Shown here one piece after another: positions 62,595-64,000 of a stretch of 64,000 bases of DNA. Within the stretch, counting starts at the first letter, position 1, and each line of letters begins with the position of its first letter. Made by a program: the position numbers and the translations under genes. The notes under the pieces were generated by a model. That model did no database searches. It saw only the letters and a list, made by a program, of their open reading frames with translations, and was not told where the DNA came from. This DNA is from Vermamoeba vermiformis (Eukaryota): positions 186,001-250,000 of the forward strand of contig JBEWZL010000076.1 of assembly GCA_045837725.1 (NCBI GenBank). The letters are read 5' to 3'.

Positions 62595-63291
62595 TAAGTA
62601 ACTGGAAACAACATTAAATTTTAGAAAAATTTCAACGCGGACCAAATGCCCATAGTTGTAAGTTGAAAAAATGAAAATTAATTTTTCTGTTTCTTGCTTC
62701 GGATGCAGCCTCAAAAAGATTCAAACTATTGAAAGCAATTTCGTTAGTACCAAAAAAAACTCTTTCAGACCAAATTATTAACCATGACTGTTCAATTTGT
62801 GTTACAGAAGCTTCTAAATTGGGTGTGGCTTCGCATGCAAAAGATATTTTAGAACTGAAGAGAAACTTCGCGAAAAAGAATAGAAGTGCGTAATTGTGCT
62901 CCGCGAAGCCGGCAAGATTCTAAATTTCAATCTTTGCAAGCTCCGCGATCGCGGAACTGAAATTTCACGCAGAAACTTCTATAAAAGGAAACTTTGAAAA
63001 CACGGAGGCATGACCGCGAACAGAAGATTCTAAATGTTTCTAAAAATCAAAAGTATAAATACGAATGGCTCGCGAGTATTGTTCATTCAATCGAAAGAGT
63101 TTACGCTCGACAACAAAACAAATCCGAGCTAAATTTTCAAGTAAGTGCCTCAACTTGTTACGTAATACGATACCCTAATATTACAAATGAAATAATATGC
63201 ATCATTAAATTTGTTATGAATCAAATATTTAAAAGCTCTATAAACATTTTGTAACAACCTAATTAATTAATTTATTCGTAGATAATTAATA

Positions 63292-64000
63292 ATGTCCGAT
63301 CATTTTGTAATTCCTATTCCTGACAAATGGAAGAAAAGCCCTGCGACGCCTGTAGATCGAGATGAAAAAAATCTGCCTCTTCTTTTCACTCCTCTCAAGC
63401 TGAGAAGCATCGAGCTTAAGAATAGAATAGTAGTGTCTCCTATGTAAGTATAATAACGATTTATGCTTGCAACGTCTCAATTTTTAAAATTATCGGTTCT
63501 TCTTTTCGCAATGATTACTCAGAGTCACGAGATCTAATACATTTTCAAAACAGGTGCCAATACTCATCTGAAGATGGCTTATTAAATGACTGGCATTTAG
63601 TCCATCTCGGTTCTTTTGCTCGAGGAGGCGCTGGCTTGGTTTTTATCGAAGCCACTGCGGTCACACCTAAAGGCCGAATTACTCCTTGGGACTCCGGTAT
63701 TTGGGACGATAAGCATATTGCTCCGATTAAACGCATCGTCGATTTCATTCACGAACAAAAGGTAAGCAGATCCTCAACACAAATCCCGAATCTGCCTCTA
63801 ACGAACAACTTCAAAAGGCGCATGTCGCTCTTCAGATTGCTCATGCTGGTCGCAAGGCTTCTACGACGCCTCTTTACGTTCCTGCGGGCACTCCTGACGC
63901 AGTAACGGATGAAGAAGGCGGATGGACTCCCGAAGCTCCTTCAGCCATTGCTTTTTCTGAAACTTATAGAACTCCCGCTGCACTAACTGTCGAGCAGATT
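63292..64000 (+). CDS. NADH:flavin oxidoreductase / old yellow enzyme (YqjM-like), 5' part
   Basis: LKNRIVVSPMCQYS, HLVHLGSFARGGAGLVFIEATAV..GRI, QIAHAGRKAS. Confidence 0.93.

Overview
This is AT-rich eukaryotic nuclear DNA. Genes are densely packed with many short (about 45-60 nt) GT-AG introns, donors such as GTAAGT/GTACGT/GTATGT and CTAAY-like branch points. The source is probably a free-living protist, possibly amoebozoan (inference). Most ORFs in the supplied track are exon pieces or antisense shadows, and I spliced the gene models by eye. About 28 protein-coding loci are present: SPRY-SAM (partial), erlin, an ABCB half-transporter, two tandem F-box paralogs, DNA polymerase lambda, an SR protein, two beta-propeller surface proteins, GPATCH11, phospholipase B, RRP6, F-box/LRR, an atypical Rho GTPase, SCPx, F-box/propeller, two PA-domain 7TM receptors, an S53 peptidase fragment, LENG8/Thp3, UNC-93, FBXO11-like and an OYE oxidoreductase (partial). 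The most notable observations are: (1) an intron-containing, extremely acidic single-chain H4-H3 histone doublet with the same domain order as the Marseillevirus doublet; (2) RRP6 introns hosting a tRNA-Gln and a C/D snoRNA with a 13-nt LSU rRNA guide; (3) a piggyBac-type MITE supported by an empty paralogous intron; (4) a recurring intronic 12-bp palindrome TGACACGTGTCA and clustered GATC motifs; (5) a small intronless gene resembling a giant-virus/phage family; (6) a duplication whose breakpoint captured the first codons of Pol lambda; (7) a catalytically altered orphan S53 fragment.
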